Below are positions 63,450 to 64,000 of a stretch of DNA of 64,000 nucleotides, in pieces. The DNA comes from Octopus sinensis (lineage: Eukaryota). The notes below the pieces were generated by a model. That model saw only the letters and a list, made by a program, of their open reading frames with translations. It did no database searches and was not told the origin of the DNA. A program made the translations under genes and the position numbers. The stretch lies in the NCBI RefSeq assembly GCF_006345805.1, contig NC_043000.1, positions 113,832,001-113,896,000 of the forward strand, given 5' to 3'. Each line of letters begins with the position of its first letter. The first letter of the stretch is position 1.

Positions 63450-63604
63450 GGCACAGGAGTGGCTGTGTGGTAAATAGCTTGTTTACCAACCACATGGTTC
63501 CGGGTTCAGTCCCACTGCGTGGCACCTTGGGCGACCAAAGGCTTGTGATTGGATTTGGTAGACGGAAACTGGAAAAAGCCCATCGTATATATATATATTT
63601 GTGA

Positions 63605-63637
<33 letters not shown>

Positions 63638-63855
63638 CATGCTTGTGTGTTGGTGCTTGTCCCCCACCCCTACTATCGCTTGACAACCGATGCTGGTGTG
63701 TTTACATCCATGTAACTAAGTGGTTCAGCAAAAGAGACCGATAGAATAAGAACTAGGCTTACAAAGAATAATTCCTGGGGTCGATTTGTTCGACTAAAAG
63801 TCAGTACTCCAGCATGGTCGCAGTCAATGACTGAAACAAATAAAAGGGTAAAAAT
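63450..63855 (+). mobile_element. SINE family A, full length
   Basis: tRNA head, CORE-like segment, (GT) linker, 3' body ending aataaaagggtaaaa. Confidence 0.93.
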
Positions 63856-64000
63856 TAAAATATATATATATATATTATATATATATATATATATATAATA
63901 TATATATATACAGTACTGTTTCTACTTTGCTGTGGATTTTCTCCTTTTGCGGTGGGGAGGGAGTTTGGAACGTAACCCCTGCTATATTTGAAAGATTACC

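Overview
This is eukaryotic, repeat-dense, mostly non-coding DNA. The SINE families and microsatellite load most resemble an octopus or cephalopod genome (recognised from memory, not database-checked). No host protein-coding gene can be supported; a few weak exon candidates are noted. Contents: one near-intact ~1.29 kb mariner (DD34D, TA TSD, 37-bp TIRs, two frameshifts) and two deleted or rearranged mariners; four dispersed tRNA-headed SINE families, one in multimers with a fixed junction; many 5'-truncated RTE LINE 3' ends with (GAT)n tails and a variable ~66-bp tandem array in the 3' UTR; decayed RTE, L1/Tx1, CR1-like and R4/Dong-like (restriction-like endonuclease, RLE) LINE fragments; a Penelope GIY-YIG fragment; several MITE or Helitron-like elements; long palindromes; and a 100-N gap at 25806-25905. 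The most interesting signals are (1) about ten type-I hammerhead ribozyme-like motifs from about five short Penelope-type families, including a fully canonical one and a family with a recurrent CUGUNGA core variant; (2) retroelements embedded in, and apparently targeting, (TAA)n and (TACA)n microsatellites, one with a 22-bp reiterated 5' end; (3) a sharp change near 30 kb from CpG-retaining, RLE-rich sequence to CpG-depleted, RTE-rich sequence.
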